From a virus (taxonomy: Duplodnaviria; Heunggongvirae; Uroviricota; Caudoviricetes): a DNA stretch of 44,893 nt. The stretch is from positions 1 through 44,893 of the IMG/VR virus record IMGVR_UViG_3300008261_001827. One strand, written 5' to 3'. This document shows positions 26,001-34,600 of this stretch, piece by piece. A model generated the notes under the pieces. It did not search any database. It had not been told where the DNA came from and worked only from the letters and a program-made list of their open reading frames with translations. Made by a program: the position numbers and the translations under genes. Positions within the stretch are counted from its first letter, which is position 1. The number at the start of each line of letters is the position of its first letter.

Positions 26001-28174
26001 CTGCTGTAGACGGATTAGACGGTGCTCAAGGTCTTCAGGGAACTCAAGGCACGACTGGATCACAAGGAACAACAGGAACTCAGGGAGTTCAAGGAACTAC
26101 TGGATCTCAAGGTCTTCAGGGATCACAAGGAACTCAGGGTGAACAAGGTATTCAAGGAACTCAAGGTACTACTGGATCTCAAGGTACTACTGGATCTCAA
26201 GGCCTCCAAGGAACTCAGGGTACTACCGGAACTCAAGGTCTTCAGGGAACTCAAGGTACAACTGGAACTCAGGGTACTACCGGAACTCAAGGTATTCAGG
26301 GAACGATTGGTACCCAAGGTACTACTGGAACACAAGGTATTCAAGGTACTACCGGAGTTCAAGGAACTACTGGATCTCAAGGTCTTCAGGGATCACAAGG
26401 AACTCAGGGTGAACAAGGTATTCAAGGAACTCAAGGTACTACTGGATCTCAAGGTACTACTGGAACTCAGGGAACTACAGGATCTCAAGGTATTCAGGGA
26501 ACGCAAGGTACAACTGGATCTCAAGGTACGACTGGATCTCAAGGAACTCAAGGACTTCAGGGTGAGCAGGGAACACAAGGTACAACTGGTATTCAAGGTA
26601 CTACCGGTGCGCAAGGTACAACTGGATCTCAAGGTCTTCAGGGAACACAGGGAACTACAGGATCTCAAGGTCTTCAGGGAACACAGGGAACTACAGGAAC
26701 ACAAGGTACGACTGGAACTCAGGGAACTACAGGAACTCAGGGAACTACAGGATCTCAAGGTCTTCAGGGAACACAGGGAACTCAGGGTCTTCAAGGTGAG
26801 CAGGGAACTCAGGGTCTTCAGGGTGAGCAGGGAACTCAGGGTCTTCAGGGAACACAGGGAACTCAGGGTCTTCAAGGTACACAAGGAACTCAGGGTCTTC
26901 AAGGTACACAAGGAACTCAGGGTCTTCAGGGTGAGCAGGGAACTCAGGGTCTTCAGGGTGAGCAGGGAACTCAGGGTCTTCAAGGTGAGCAGGGAACTCA
27001 GGGGGCAACTGGTACACAAGGTACAACTGGTACACAAGGTACAACTGGTACACAAGGAACAACCGGTACCCAAGGAACTACTGGATCGCAAGGTATTCAA
27101 GGAACTACCGGAACTCAAGGAACAATCGGTACACAAGGAACAACCGGTACCCAAGGAACTACTGGATCGCAAGGTATTCAAGGAATTACTGGAACTCAGG
27201 GTACTACCGGTACACAAGGCACGACTGGAACTCAGGGAACTACAGGAACGCAAGGAACAACCGGTACCCAAGGAACAACAGGAACGCAAGGTGCTACTGG
27301 ATCGCAAGGTCTTCAAGGTACGACTGGATCGCAAGGTATTCAAGGAACTACCGGAACTCAAGGAACGTCTGGGACTGGTGCACAAGGTATTTCAGGTGGA
27401 TCTACTAGTTGGATCTTAAGAACTACCAATTACACTGCGGTTTCTGGTGATAGAATACTCACGAACACGGCCGGCGGAACATTTACAATTACACTCCCAG
27501 CTACACCCGCCACAGGAGCGTTCGTTGTAATCGCTGACGCTAACGATTGGTCAGCTATAAATCTAACGGTCGCAAGAAACGGAAGCACTATCGAAGGCAT
27601 AGCTGATGATATTACAATGGACGTTAAAGGCTTTTCTGTAGAGTTTGCTTATGACGGTACAACTTGGGAAATATTTACTGCGATTGGTCTTCAAGGAGCG
27701 CAAGGTACAACCGGCTCACAGGGTATACAAGGTCCTACCGGCCCATCTACTACGATCAACGCGGTTGACGTATCAGATGACGATACAGTTTTCCCGGTGT
27801 TTGTAACAGCCGCTGGTTCAAATCAACTCGCAGAAGTTTCTACGACTAGACTATATTTCAATCCTTCGACCGGAGATCTGTCGGCAACTAACTTTAACTC
27901 ACTTTCAGACGTAACATTTAAAGAAAACTTTAAGTCTATCGATAACAGCTTTGATATTCTAGAACAAATAAATACGTATAGTTTCGATTGGAAAGATAAC
28001 AAGACAAAGAGCTACGGTGTGATTGCGCAAGAACTAGAAAAGATCATGCCAGAGCTTGTAAAAACAAACGGAAGTGGTTTAAAGACAGTTACATATACTC
28101 CACTTATTGCAATCTTGATTGAAGCAGTTAAGAAACTAAAAGCTGACGTAGAAAACATAAAGAGAGATAACTAA
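23072..28174 (+). CDS. Collagen-like long fibre protein with C-terminal intramolecular chaperone (peptidase S74)
   Basis: Gly-X-Y blocks at ~23261-23510, 23861-24810, 24980-25210, 25949-27400; SD..FKEN...FDWK...GVIAQELE.IMPELV...LIEAVK tail. Confidence 0.9.
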   Translation: MTEFLSGMNLSGKVKKTPPTEVSPDRYKYIKLSETEPDLGVPEANNYVLASDTEGNRFWLETSGVQGTTGLQGEQGTQGVEGSQGTQGTLGIQGEQGTQGSQGTQGLRGDQGLQGTLGIQGEQGTQGSQGAQGTFGIQGTDGNFGGASFDYTYSTSIIQSDPGTGRLKFNDADITTAIRMFIDDTDDNGIDIQSFLRTIDDSTSTIKGHFRVSNRTASQRFALYTISSISEEAGFFLVNCGYVSGSVNNFNDNEDIIITFARTGDIGDIGPQGVQGAQGVQGTRGLQGEQGLQGTQGTQGFQGTTGPQGVQGTTGTQGTTGTQGTIGTQGLQGTQGTQGTTGTQGTTGTQGNNGSQGLQGTQGEQGTQGEQGIQGTQGTQGEQGIQGITGTQGFQGTSGFQGIQGTAAIDGAEGSQGTQGLQGTQGTVGSQGLQGEQGTTGTQGFQGTQGLQGEQGTQGLQGNQGEQGLQGTQGEQGLQGNQGEQGLQGTQGTQGIQGEQGTQGTQGLQGEQGTQGLQGEQGTQGLQGEQGTQGTQGLQGTQGEQGTQGTQGLQGTQGTQGTQGTQGLQGEQGIQGLQGIELVLNYIGSWVQASYVKDTVAVSTVDGNTYVSKQVITSVYQDPAVNTTEWELFVLQGTQGLQGEQGTQGLQGEQGTQGLQGEQGTQGLQGEQGTQGLQGEQGTQGLQGEQGTQGLQGDQGLQGNFGIQGIQGSTAGDAATLDGLDSLQFVRSDVSTTMTGGFLTLAQDPSGNLQAVTKQYVDTLVSAAIHYHDPVRVESPISLNAIYDNGISGVGATLTNGGTQLGLIIDGITLSTDNRVLLYQQANTAHNGVYTVTDTGSANTDWVLTRSTDTDSYSPSDSGSIGRGDAFYVLEGNTGAGELYVLTTEGVITFGSTGINFSQISSSQIYKAGAGLELNGVEFSINPDANIIVSGVTIQSIGPVINSSGTWVGDPTNLQGAQGTTGSQGLQGSQGTAAVDGLDGAQGLQGTQGTTGSQGTTGTQGVQGTTGSQGLQGSQGTQGEQGIQGTQGTTGSQGTTGSQGLQGTQGTTGTQGLQGTQGTTGTQGTTGTQGIQGTIGTQGTTGTQGIQGTTGVQGTTGSQGLQGSQGTQGEQGIQGTQGTTGSQGTTGTQGTTGSQGIQGTQGTTGSQGTTGSQGTQGLQGEQGTQGTTGIQGTTGAQGTTGSQGLQGTQGTTGSQGLQGTQGTTGTQGTTGTQGTTGTQGTTGSQGLQGTQGTQGLQGEQGTQGLQGEQGTQGLQGTQGTQGLQGTQGTQGLQGTQGTQGLQGEQGTQGLQGEQGTQGLQGEQGTQGATGTQGTTGTQGTTGTQGTTGTQGTTGSQGIQGTTGTQGTIGTQGTTGTQGTTGSQGIQGITGTQGTTGTQGTTGTQGTTGTQGTTGTQGTTGTQGATGSQGLQGTTGSQGIQGTTGTQGTSGTGAQGISGGSTSWILRTTNYTAVSGDRILTNTAGGTFTITLPATPATGAFVVIADANDWSAINLTVARNGSTIEGIADDITMDVKGFSVEFAYDGTTWEIFTAIGLQGAQGTTGSQGIQGPTGPSTTINAVDVSDDDTVFPVFVTAAGSNQLAEVSTTRLYFNPSTGDLSATNFNSLSDVTFKENFKSIDNSFDILEQINTYSFDWKDNKTKSYGVIAQELEKIMPELVKTNGSGLKTVTYTPLIAILIEAVKKLKADVENIKRDN
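24980..25168 (+). repeat. Seven tandem 27-nt units (GTQGLQGEQ) in the collagen gene
   Basis: ggaactcagggtcttcaaggtgagcag, first three copies identical; same unit recurs at 26777-26803. Confidence 0.9.
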
Positions 28175-28560
28175 TGCCAATATCACTAAAAAATGCTATT
28201 TCTCCTAACGTTGGTGTTGTTAAATCCTGGGTAAAAATAACAAGTAACTACACGGCGCTGAATGGTGATAAACTCATTGCTGATACGTCGGCCGGGTCCT
28301 TTACGGTGACTATGCCATTTTCACCTTCTCCTGGGCATGCCGTGCAGATTACCGACGGTGGAAGTTGGCTAATAAATAACTTGCTAGTTAACTTTAACGG
28401 CGCGACTATCGAAGGCATAAATGATACACTGTCTGTTAACATACCACAAACAACCGTAGAGTTTGTTTATGACGGCACTACATGGCAATTTATTTCAAAT
28501 ATTGGTGCGAGAGGCTCTAGCGATGAAGCTGCAGCTTTCGCTATAGCATTAGGATTCTAA
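28174..28560 (+). CDS. Small fibre-associated protein, paralog of a domain in the collagen fibre
   Basis: NYTA..GD....DTSAGSFTVT.P..P..G...DGTTW matches the domain at 27410-27676. Confidence 0.75.
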   Translation: MPISLKNAISPNVGVVKSWVKITSNYTALNGDKLIADTSAGSFTVTMPFSPSPGHAVQITDGGSWLINNLLVNFNGATIEGINDTLSVNIPQTTVEFVYDGTTWQFISNIGARGSSDEAAAFAIALGF

Positions 28561-28570
28561 AGGAAAAATT

Positions 28571-31480
28571 ATGGGTAAGAAGATTATAAGAGATTACGTT
28601 TTTTCTCCTGGCGGTGCTAACGTTGGCACAATAAAAATACCTGGAAGATATACTTTAGATCAGCTTCTGCTAATTACTAACGTTACAGATAATATTATCC
28701 TGTACACATTTGGTAACTCTACATACGGTGGTACTACAGCAACGTTTACTGCCGCAAACGACGCAACTAACTTTCCTACTATCACACAGCGAGAAGATGG
28801 GTTCACAACGATAACATTGGGAGTAAGCACTACTGGTCAGAGTGCTAGTGATTCTCTTCAAATTTTTGTTTACGGTAACGAAAACGCTGCCTCTACTATA
28901 AGACCTTGGAGTTTTGGTACTGATGCTATCGAAAGAATGCGCGTATCAAATCCCGAATCACTCATCGATGCTGACTTTGAATATGGTCTACAGCCGACAA
29001 AATGGGCAGGTTATGGAACTGTTCGCGGCTATCCATCCGCTTATGAATTACCGGGTGTTGACTTAGTTGTAACTGCTATTACTACAGATGGTGCTTCAAC
29101 AAATAGTTTAATTACAGTCACTACGTCTGTCGCGCACGGTATCGCTGCGGGACAAGCGATTAATATTTCAGCTCTAAACTCTGGAATTGCAGGATTTAGT
29201 AGAGCTGACGGAACATTTATTGTTAACACAGTGGGTGTACCTAACACTAGCACGCTAACATATTTTGCAAGGGGTGTAGTTGGAACCAATGGACAATCAT
29301 TACTAACAGATGCTACCACACTAAAGCGTGGAGCAATCTATTCAGGCGCTTCGATACCAGTAGCATCAGCAACGAGCAATGGTGCTAACCCGTCAGTAAT
29401 TACTTTAAACTTTACCAACCCACACGGATTAATTCCTGGTACTGCTATCCACTCTATCGTTGCATCTGGTACTCAGGCTGCGCTTGCTTCTGGGCCGTTT
29501 GTTGTTACGAGTGTTCCTAGTTTAACATCATTAACATATACTGCACGAGGTGGCGCTGTTGTTGTGTCTCCAGCGACCGTTACTTTATATGCGTTTACAA
29601 ATTCTACGATTGTTCACAGACCACAGGACGGCGGAGTTATTCTTTCAACTAAAACTCCAACATATGGCGCAACAGTTGCTCGTCAGAGTAAAAGATATTT
29701 TCGTTATCAATCAGGTAAAGGTTTTCTTTGGTCGACTGGAACGTTATTTAGACCAAACTATGATATTCGGAGTATAACTGCTTCCGGAACCACCGTCGGT
29801 TCTACGATTACTGTTACAACTGATGACATTGATCATGGTTTACAGATCGGCGCAGTTATAGAAATAGCAGGATCGACAACTTCTGGGTATAATGGCACAT
29901 ATACAGTAGCATCTATCGTAAGCGACTATCAGTTTACAGTATTAGCGACCAGTGTACTCGGTGCAACTACTGCAGTGTTAAATATCACGCCAAAGGTGTA
30001 TGTAATAACATGGGATGGCGCAGCTGTAAGAGCTGGGTTGTTTGACGAACAAAATGGATTATTCTGGGAATATGATGGTAGTATTTTATCTGTAGTAAAA
30101 AGAAATTCTACTGCACAATTAAGTGGAACTCTATCTGTTACGCAAAACTCAAATGCGGTGACTGGCGTAAATACAAGATTTACTCAGCAATTAAAAGCAG
30201 GCGATAGAATCGTTATCCGCGGTATGACTCACCATGTTATACAAGTAGTGAGTGATACTTCTATATTTGTGTCTCCTGATTATAGAGGTATCAATGCTTC
30301 TGGTGTAAAGGGTAACTTAATTCAAGAAACAAGAATTAGGCAGTCGCAGTTCAACATTGATACAATTGACGGAACCGGGCCAAGCGGGTTTAATATTAAC
30401 CTAAGTAAGATGCACATGGTCGGTCTACAGTATTCGTGGTACGGCGCTGGCTTTGTTGATTTTATGGTTCGTGGTAGTGATGGTAACTGGGTTTTCGTGC
30501 ATCGTATCAAAAATAACAACGTGAATGATGAAGCTTATATGAGATCTGGTAACCTCCCGGTTCGCTATTCTATCGAAAACGATACTCCAGTAACATCTCT
30601 AACTTCTACGATCGACAGCTCAGTTACAACAATTCCAGTTGCAGCACTGGAACACTTTCCAACAGCAGGAACATTGTACATAGATAACGAAATTATCAGT
30701 TACACAGGTAAGTCAGCGGCAAGTGGAGCTGGTAACTTTACCGGTGCGACTCGTGCAGCAACACTCACTCAGTGGCAAGCAGGTACTTCGACTGGATTTA
30801 CTGCTGCGGCTGCTGCAAGCCATACGGCCGGCACTGGTGTAATTCTAATAAGTAATACGTGTTCTCCAACTCTAAGTCACTGGGGTTCTGCGTTAATCAT
30901 GGACGGTGGATTTACTAAGGACCGTGGATACATCTTTAACTATCAGAGAGTCGGTTTGAGTCTTACAACCGCGAACCAAACAGCGTTCCTCATTCGTCTT
31001 GCTCCATCCGTTTCAAACAGTCAGGTTGGTGGTCTTGGAGTAAGAGATCTATTGAATCGTTCTCAGCTTCTTCTACAAGCAGTCGGTGTATCTGTTTCAG
31101 GTGGTACAAACCCTGGTGCTTGTATTGTTGAAGGCGTGTTGAATCCTAAGAATTTCTCTTCAGCGACGTGGCTTCCATTAAACGTAGAATCTGCGGGTGG
31201 CCAGCCAAGTCTCGCGCAGGTTGCGACTTCTGTGACTTATAGTGCGGGCACCGTTGCGGTACCAGGTGAACAGGTGTTTGCGTTTGCTGCTCCTTCTACC
31301 GCATCTGGCGCAGTGAACGATAGACTAGAACTTACGGAACTGAAGGAATTGACTGGTGCTCCACTAGGAGGAGATTTCCAATATCCAGACGGCTCTGACA
31401 TTCTTGCGATTAATATTCGTTTAACCGCTGGTACTGGCACGGGTCACGTTCTTCTTCGTTGGTCAGAAGCTCAAGCATAA
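28571..31480 (+). CDS. Large virion structural protein
   Basis: LLITNVTDNIILY and RVSNPESLIDADFEYGLQPTKW motifs; three ITVT...HG.. beta-repeats. Confidence 0.75.
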   Translation: MGKKIIRDYVFSPGGANVGTIKIPGRYTLDQLLLITNVTDNIILYTFGNSTYGGTTATFTAANDATNFPTITQREDGFTTITLGVSTTGQSASDSLQIFVYGNENAASTIRPWSFGTDAIERMRVSNPESLIDADFEYGLQPTKWAGYGTVRGYPSAYELPGVDLVVTAITTDGASTNSLITVTTSVAHGIAAGQAINISALNSGIAGFSRADGTFIVNTVGVPNTSTLTYFARGVVGTNGQSLLTDATTLKRGAIYSGASIPVASATSNGANPSVITLNFTNPHGLIPGTAIHSIVASGTQAALASGPFVVTSVPSLTSLTYTARGGAVVVSPATVTLYAFTNSTIVHRPQDGGVILSTKTPTYGATVARQSKRYFRYQSGKGFLWSTGTLFRPNYDIRSITASGTTVGSTITVTTDDIDHGLQIGAVIEIAGSTTSGYNGTYTVASIVSDYQFTVLATSVLGATTAVLNITPKVYVITWDGAAVRAGLFDEQNGLFWEYDGSILSVVKRNSTAQLSGTLSVTQNSNAVTGVNTRFTQQLKAGDRIVIRGMTHHVIQVVSDTSIFVSPDYRGINASGVKGNLIQETRIRQSQFNIDTIDGTGPSGFNINLSKMHMVGLQYSWYGAGFVDFMVRGSDGNWVFVHRIKNNNVNDEAYMRSGNLPVRYSIENDTPVTSLTSTIDSSVTTIPVAALEHFPTAGTLYIDNEIISYTGKSAASGAGNFTGATRAATLTQWQAGTSTGFTAAAAASHTAGTGVILISNTCSPTLSHWGSALIMDGGFTKDRGYIFNYQRVGLSLTTANQTAFLIRLAPSVSNSQVGGLGVRDLLNRSQLLLQAVGVSVSGGTNPGACIVEGVLNPKNFSSATWLPLNVESAGGQPSLAQVATSVTYSAGTVAVPGEQVFAFAAPSTASGAVNDRLELTELKELTGAPLGGDFQYPDGSDILAINIRLTAGTGTGHVLLRWSEAQA

Positions 31481-31491
31481 GGGATTAAAAT

Positions 31492-31857
31492 ATGGTAGTC
31501 TTAGCAACAGATTTGATTTCAGCTTATTTGCCGCCGGGTCCGGCGGTAGAAGTAGAGACTGGAAACAACGCTAATGGTTTTTACGTGCGTCTTGCTGGCG
31601 GAACTCAGATGTGCTGGCATACCTTTTCAATAACTCCGTCCGCGTCAAACACACCGACACTAGGGGCATGGACTTTTCCGATAGCATTTGCTGCAGCACC
31701 ATATGTTCATGTTTCTGTTAACTCTACTGTTCCAGGAACCACAGTTACTGGTTGGTCTTCATCTGGTGCTACTACAACGGCCGTAAACGTGTATATTTCT
31801 CGCGCGAACACTACTGCTACGAGCGTGATTGTATTTGCTATCGGTAGTTGGATTTAA
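31492..31857 (+). CDS. Fibre-tip-like protein (gp53-like C-terminal domain)
   Basis: GNNANGFYVRLAGGTQMCW...WTFPIAFAAAP...FAIGSW. Confidence 0.65.
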   Translation: MVVLATDLISAYLPPGPAVEVETGNNANGFYVRLAGGTQMCWHTFSITPSASNTPTLGAWTFPIAFAAAPYVHVSVNSTVPGTTVTGWSSSGATTTAVNVYISRANTTATSVIVFAIGSWI

Positions 31858-31873
31858 TAGTACCGATTTCATT

Positions 31874-31881
31874 GATAAATA
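31874..31881 (+). promoter_or_regulatory. Possible late promoter variant (GATAAATA) upstream of island 2
   Basis: One mismatch to TATAAATA in the intergenic gap 31858-31931. Confidence 0.45.
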
Positions 31882-31931
31882 AATGTAGTTGACAGAACTT
31901 ACATTCATATTATGAGGAATTTGATTACATC

Positions 31932-32996
31932 ATGTCATTTTTTGAACACGTCAAAGACGCGCATCAAGTAGAACAAACGTATAGATACGAAACTTCTACA
32001 ACTCTAGCACAACAAGCGTTAACAGATGGTGGAAGTATTCATCCACTGATCGTTCCATCAAAGCTCACCGGCGGCACCGGGCTTATGAACCCGTCAATTC
32101 TTGTTCATAAAGGAAAACTAATAGTTAATGTAAGATGCACTAACTATTTCTTTTATCATTCTGAGAAAAAGAAGTTTATCCATCCATGGGGACCTCTTAC
32201 ATATCTTCACCCAGAAGATGATATGAAGTTGCGCACAGAGAATTTTTATTGTGAGTTGGATGGAAATTATAACATCACTCGAGTAAACCACGTAGACACT
32301 TCAAAACTTGATAAAGAACCGATATGGGAATTCGTTGGTCTTGAGGATGCAAGACTTGTTGAATGGAACGAAAAACTCTACATGACTGGAGTTCGTAGGG
32401 ATACGAATACGACAGGCCAAGGAAGAATGGAATTATCAGAGATAGAGGTTCTCGATAATGAAGTAATAGAAGTATCTCGCACGCGTATCGGTGCTCCTGG
32501 CGAAGATACATCTTATTGTGAAAAGAACTGGATGCCGGTTCTAGATCAAGATTATACGTACATTAAGTGGTGTAACCCGACAGAAGTAGTTCTTGCTGAT
32601 ATAGAAAAAGCCAAGGCAGAAACCGTGTTTTTAGGCGACACTCGAATGTTTAATAGAAATCCAAAGGGATTGACTGAACCTAGAGGCGGTTCACAAGTCA
32701 TTTCTTTTGGTGATTACTATATTGCGTTAACTCACGAGGTTGATCTTTTTAAGGGAGAAAAGAAGGTAAAGGACGGAGTGTATCGCCATCGCTTTATCGT
32801 ATGGGATAAGAATTGGAACATTGTGAAGTTCTCTGACGACTTTACTATCATGGGTGGTCATACCGAATTTACATGCGGAATGTGCCATTATAAAGGACGA
32901 ATACTTATTACGTTTGGGTTTCAAGATAACGCCGCTTATCTACTCGAAGTGCCGTATGCGACTATTGAAAAATTTGTAAATAATGCGAAGGTTTGA
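31932..32996 (+). CDS. Five-bladed beta-propeller, GH130/DUF377-like glycoside-processing protein
   Basis: MNPS, GLEDARL, CEKNWMP, RGGSQ, THE motifs. Confidence 0.65.
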   Translation: MSFFEHVKDAHQVEQTYRYETSTTLAQQALTDGGSIHPLIVPSKLTGGTGLMNPSILVHKGKLIVNVRCTNYFFYHSEKKKFIHPWGPLTYLHPEDDMKLRTENFYCELDGNYNITRVNHVDTSKLDKEPIWEFVGLEDARLVEWNEKLYMTGVRRDTNTTGQGRMELSEIEVLDNEVIEVSRTRIGAPGEDTSYCEKNWMPVLDQDYTYIKWCNPTEVVLADIEKAKAETVFLGDTRMFNRNPKGLTEPRGGSQVISFGDYYIALTHEVDLFKGEKKVKDGVYRHRFIVWDKNWNIVKFSDDFTIMGGHTEFTCGMCHYKGRILITFGFQDNAAYLLEVPYATIEKFVNNAKV

Positions 32997-32997
32997 T

Positions 32998-34599
32998 ATG
33001 ACGGAAGAAATAAAACAGTTGATCACGATGTTCGCTCTTAATCCTAGTGACCCAGAAGTTAGTTTTATGATCGGTTCGTACTATGAGGATTTAGGTCAGT
33101 ACTCATCGGCAGGGTCTTATTACTTACGCTCGGCAGAAAGATTCGATGATAGAAATAAATCTTATGAGAGTCTAATAAGATTAGCAACATGCATGCAATC
33201 TTTGGGAAGACGGAAATATTCAACAAAGGGCCTTCTAAACTTTGCGATATCTCATATGCCAACGCGTCCAGAAGCATATTTAATTCTAAGCAAGTTCATT
33301 GAGAGCAGCGAAACGAATGACGAGAGGTGGTTTACTGCCTATTCACTCGTGTCTACCGCGCTAAGCATTCCAGACTTAGATAGTTTAAAATCGTTGAGAA
33401 GAAAAACCACATATGATGGAAAGTATTCTCTCTTACTTCAGAAAGCTCATGCTGGTTTTCATAGCGGGTTCATAGAGGAATCTAGAGAGATACTTCTTTC
33501 TATTATAAACAGCAGTGATGCCCCTAGACATCATCAGAAAGCTGCTATGAAAAATCTAATGATGATCAAAAAAGAAAATCATAGGTCTCAATACTATCAT
33601 AACGAAACTCCGTTAAAAGATGTTTACCAATCTAGTCTAGCAAAGTACGCATTAGCAAATGGCGGATCGATCCATCCTATTGTTGTACCTCACTCTGTAT
33701 CAAAAGGAATGGCGACAACAAACGCGTCTGTATTTGTTGACAGTCAAGAAAGAGTCTTTGTAAATCTCAGAGAAACTAACTATACTCTTTATTATAGTAA
33801 TAAGTTTCCAGATAAAGATGGGCCTTTAAAATATCTTTATCCTGATAGTGATATTAACATCAGGTCCGAAAACGTTGTATGTAGACTTGACGATCGTCTT
33901 AATGTTATATCTGCGGACAGAATTGATATGAAACTTAATGAGGATCCTAACTGGTTCTACATTGGGTTGGAAGATGGAAGACTCATAGAATGGGAAGGTA
34001 AAAAGTATCTCTGCGGAGTAAGAAGGGATCATATACTCGAAGGTAAGGGTAGGATGGATCTTTCACAGATTGAGATAACCAAGAACGGCGTGGTTGAGGT
34101 AGAACGGTTTTCAATTCCAGCGCCGGGAAACGACGACACCTACTGTGAAAAGAACTGGATGCCTATTCTAGACAAGCCGTTCCAATGGGTGAAGTGGACC
34201 AACCCAACTCAGATAGTTTCATTCGATACTAAAACTCTAAAGACTAACACCGTACATCTTGAGGAGTCTAAAAAGTATCGGTTCCCTCGTGATCTAAGAG
34301 GTGGTTCGCATATCATACCTTGGAACGAAGACTACTACATTGGCATTACTCACGAATGCATGTATAATAACAACGATAGCGGAAGAAGATACTTTCAGAG
34401 AATTATAGTTTGGGACAGAGACTGGAATATAGTATGTTCCACTCGTGACTTTACAATGATGAGTGGATCTATTGAGTTTGTTTCAGGTATTGCTTATCAT
34501 AAGAACGATGTGCTTATATCGTATGGGTACGAGGATAACACATCATATATACTAAGAATACCAAAAAATGTATTTGACGATTTTGTTTTGAGAGGTTGA
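32998..34599 (+). CDS. TPR domain fused to GH130/DUF377-like propeller
   Basis: N-terminal TPR-like helices; C-terminal paralog of 31932 (GLEDGRL, CEKNWMP, RGGSH, THE); AAGGT RBS supports start 32998. Confidence 0.68.
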   Translation: MTEEIKQLITMFALNPSDPEVSFMIGSYYEDLGQYSSAGSYYLRSAERFDDRNKSYESLIRLATCMQSLGRRKYSTKGLLNFAISHMPTRPEAYLILSKFIESSETNDERWFTAYSLVSTALSIPDLDSLKSLRRKTTYDGKYSLLLQKAHAGFHSGFIEESREILLSIINSSDAPRHHQKAAMKNLMMIKKENHRSQYYHNETPLKDVYQSSLAKYALANGGSIHPIVVPHSVSKGMATTNASVFVDSQERVFVNLRETNYTLYYSNKFPDKDGPLKYLYPDSDINIRSENVVCRLDDRLNVISADRIDMKLNEDPNWFYIGLEDGRLIEWEGKKYLCGVRRDHILEGKGRMDLSQIEITKNGVVEVERFSIPAPGNDDTYCEKNWMPILDKPFQWVKWTNPTQIVSFDTKTLKTNTVHLEESKKYRFPRDLRGGSHIIPWNEDYYIGITHECMYNNNDSGRRYFQRIIVWDRDWNIVCSTRDFTMMSGSIEFVSGIAYHKNDVLISYGYEDNTSYILRIPKNVFDDFVLRG

Positions 34600-34600
34600 T

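Noticed and set aside
26022-27419. 465-aa alternative-frame ORF and other long shadow ORFs over the collagen gene
   Set aside because: Expected by-product of repeated GGN-ACN-CAR codons, which lack stops in other frames; low-complexity translation and no RBS
31889-31913. Plus-strand sigma70 promoter (TTGACA at 31889) for island 2
   Set aside because: The best -10 (TATTAT) is only 13 nt away, and the 16-17 nt positions give poor hexamers
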